Origin: an uncultured delta proteobacterium
GTDB taxonomy: Bacteria; Myxococcota_A; Polyangia; Polyangiales; Polyangiaceae
Assembly (NCBI GenBank): GCA_963782055.1
Contig: CAWAIF010000003.1
Span: 384,001-448,000, forward strand
Length of the DNA stretch: 64,000 nucleotides
Reading direction: 5' to 3'
Below the pieces are notes generated by a model. The model did not search any database and was not told the origin of the DNA. It saw nothing but the letters and a program-made list of their open reading frames with translations. The translations under genes and the position numbers were made by a program. Shown here piece after piece: positions 62,311-64,000 of the stretch. Positions within the stretch are counted from its first letter, which is position 1. Each line of letters opens with the position of its first letter.

Positions 62311-64000
62311 GTGAAGAGGTCTTTCACCTGGGCGATGATGTCGGTCCACCGCCGCTCCACGTCGTTCTTGAAGGCGATGGCCATGAGCACCACCAGCACG
62401 CTCATGCCGAGCAGGCTGGCGATCTCGCGCGTGCGCCGCGTGACCGGCCGCCGCCGCACGCCCTCCACCAGGAAGAAGGCCAGGTGCCCGCCGTCCAGCA
62501 CCGGCACGGGCAGCAGGTTCACCAGCCCCAGGTTGACGGAGATGAGCGCCATCGCCCACACGAAGTAGGTGGTGCCCTTCGCCCCCGCCTGCCCCGCGAT
62601 GTCGTAGAGGGTGATGGGCCCGCTCACCTCCCGCAGGCTCACCCGGCCCTGCAGCAGCCGCAGGAAGCCCACGCTCACGTACTCGATGGCGCGCCCCGTC
62701 TCCTCCAGGCCGCGCGAGAGCGCGTAGGAGAAGCGCCGGTCGTTGGGCACCAGCTTGTCTGGCGCGTCGGGCACCCAGTGCGTAGTGCGGAAGACGTAGC
62801 GCTGGTAGTGCTGGCCGAACTCGTCGTTCCACGACTCGTTCTTGAGCTGGAAGCTGCCCGCCATCGCCTCGCCGTCGCGCGTCCACTCCAGCTTGCGCGT
62901 GCGGCTCGCGCCGCGGACCAGGTCGTTCTCCAGCGTCTGCCACTGCCGCTCGGGCGCGCCATCGAGCGCGGTGATGCGGTCGCCCACCCGCAGGCCCGCC
63001 ATGCTCTCGCTCGACCCGTCGGGGACGAAGGCCACGTACATCTCGCTCGTCTCGATGCCGCTGCGCGCGAGCACGTCGGCCGCGCGGCCCTCGTAGTCGA
63101 GTCCCTTCGCCAGGCCGCGCGCCAGCGGCGTGAGGGTGGCCACCTGCGGCTCCAGCACCGCCACGTCGCACAGCCCGCCCGTCGCGTTGGGGACGGGGAC
63201 CGGACGCATGTACGCCACCACCAGCGTGTCGCCCTTGTTGCGCGAGAGCACGTCCACCAGGTCCACGAACCGGTCCACCCGCCGCCCGTTGATCGCCGTG
63301 ATGCGGTCGAAGGTGCGCAGCCCCGCGCGGTACGCCGGCGAGTCGGTGCGCGGCACGCCGATGACCGGCAGCGGGAAGCTCGGCTGGATGCCCACCCGCC
63401 CGACGTGCTCCACGATGTCCAGCTCGTGCTCGATCTGCTGGTCCTCCGGCGTCAGCGTCACGTCCAGGGACCGCCCGTCGCGCTGCACGGTGAAGCGCAA
63501 CGGCTTGCCCGCGCGCTTGGCCACGTAGCGCTGCACCTCGGGGAAGGTGGTGACGTCCTTGCCGTCCAGCGCGAGGATCCGGTCGCCGGGCAGCAGCTTT
63601 CCGTCCGCCGGCTTTCCGGCGAGCACCACCCCGACCGTGGGCGGCAGGAGCTGCGTGTCCTCGAAGAAGACCGACCCGTAGAGCGCGATGGGAAAGAGCA
63701 CGTTCATCGCCGGACCCGCCAGCACGATGACGATCCGCTTCCAGAGCGCCTGCGACTCGAAGGTCCGGTGCTTGTCCTCCGGCTGGATGGGCCCCGTCCC
63801 CTTGCTCTCCTCCAGCATCGTCACGAAGCCGCCGAGCGGCAGGATCCCGATGCAGTACTCCGTCTCCTTCCCGCGGATGCGGATGATCTTCGGCCCGAAG
63901 CCGAGGGAGAAGGTGAGCACCTTCACCCCGAAGATCTTCGCGCAGGCGAAGTGCCCGAGCTCGTGCACGAACACGAGCACGCTCACCAGCAGGATGAAGT
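62307..64000 (-). CDS. rseP: RIP metalloprotease with PDZ domains (start lies beyond the window)
   Basis: HELGH, PLGGFV, AGPAMN, three PDZ-like units, NLLPVPVLDGG. Confidence 0.94.
   Translation of the reverse strand, partial: FILLVSVLVFVHELGHFACAKIFGVKVLTFSLGFGPKIIRIRGKETEYCIGILPLGGFVTMLEESKGTGPIQPEDKHRTFESQALWKRIVIVLAGPAMNVLFPIALYGSVFFEDTQLLPPTVGVVLAGKPADGKLLPGDRILALDGKDVTTFPEVQRYVAKRAGKPLRFTVQRDGRSLDVTLTPEDQQIEHELDIVEHVGRVGIQPSFPLPVIGVPRTDSPAYRAGLRTFDRITAINGRRVDRFVDLVDVLSRNKGDTLVVAYMRPVPVPNATGGLCDVAVLEPQVATLTPLARGLAKGLDYEGRAADVLARSGIETSEMYVAFVPDGSSESMAGLRVGDRITALDGAPERQWQTLENDLVRGASRTRKLEWTRDGEAMAGSFQLKNESWNDEFGQHYQRYVFRTTHWVPDAPDKLVPNDRRFSYALSRGLEETGRAIEYVSVGFLRLLQGRVSLREVSGPITLYDIAGQAGAKGTTYFVWAMALISVNLGLVNLLPVPVLDGGHLAFFLVEGVRRRPVTRRTREIASLLGMSVLVVLMAIAFKNDVERRWTDIIAQVKDLFT

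Overview
Very GC-rich core-chromosome segment, most likely from a myxobacterium (Myxococcota, probably Polyangiales). The indicators are a MYXO-CTERM-type C-terminus, an AgmX/GltJ-like zinc-ribbon-GYF protein, OmpA/TSP3 proteins, a DUF4388 signalling protein and a large Ser/Thr kinase. About 50 genes are densely packed. Housekeeping genes are pdxH, lgt, tsaE, mpl, hemC, udk, rpmH-rnpA-yidD-yidC-jag, lpxK, an E2 acyltransferase, rsmB and rseP. I saw no rRNA, tRNA, CRISPR array or transposase. Most notable: (1) a tightly linked cluster of FHA-GGDEF cyclase, class III aminotransferase, LuxE-like synthetase and LuxC-like reductase with no luciferase, a candidate acid-to-aldehyde-to-amine pathway; (2) a 118-aa protein that looks like sigma70 region 1.1 fused to region 3 only; (3) a MarR-like gene preceded by a 32-bp palindrome bracketed by complementary C- and G-tracts; (4) an MshEN/HD-GYP/pseudo-receiver/DUF4388 protein; (5) a recurring TANNNT-6nt-start (leaderless-type) signature; (6) a one-base frameshift in yidC and two small frameshifted gene remnants. 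All product calls come from motif recognition by eye; no database search was run.
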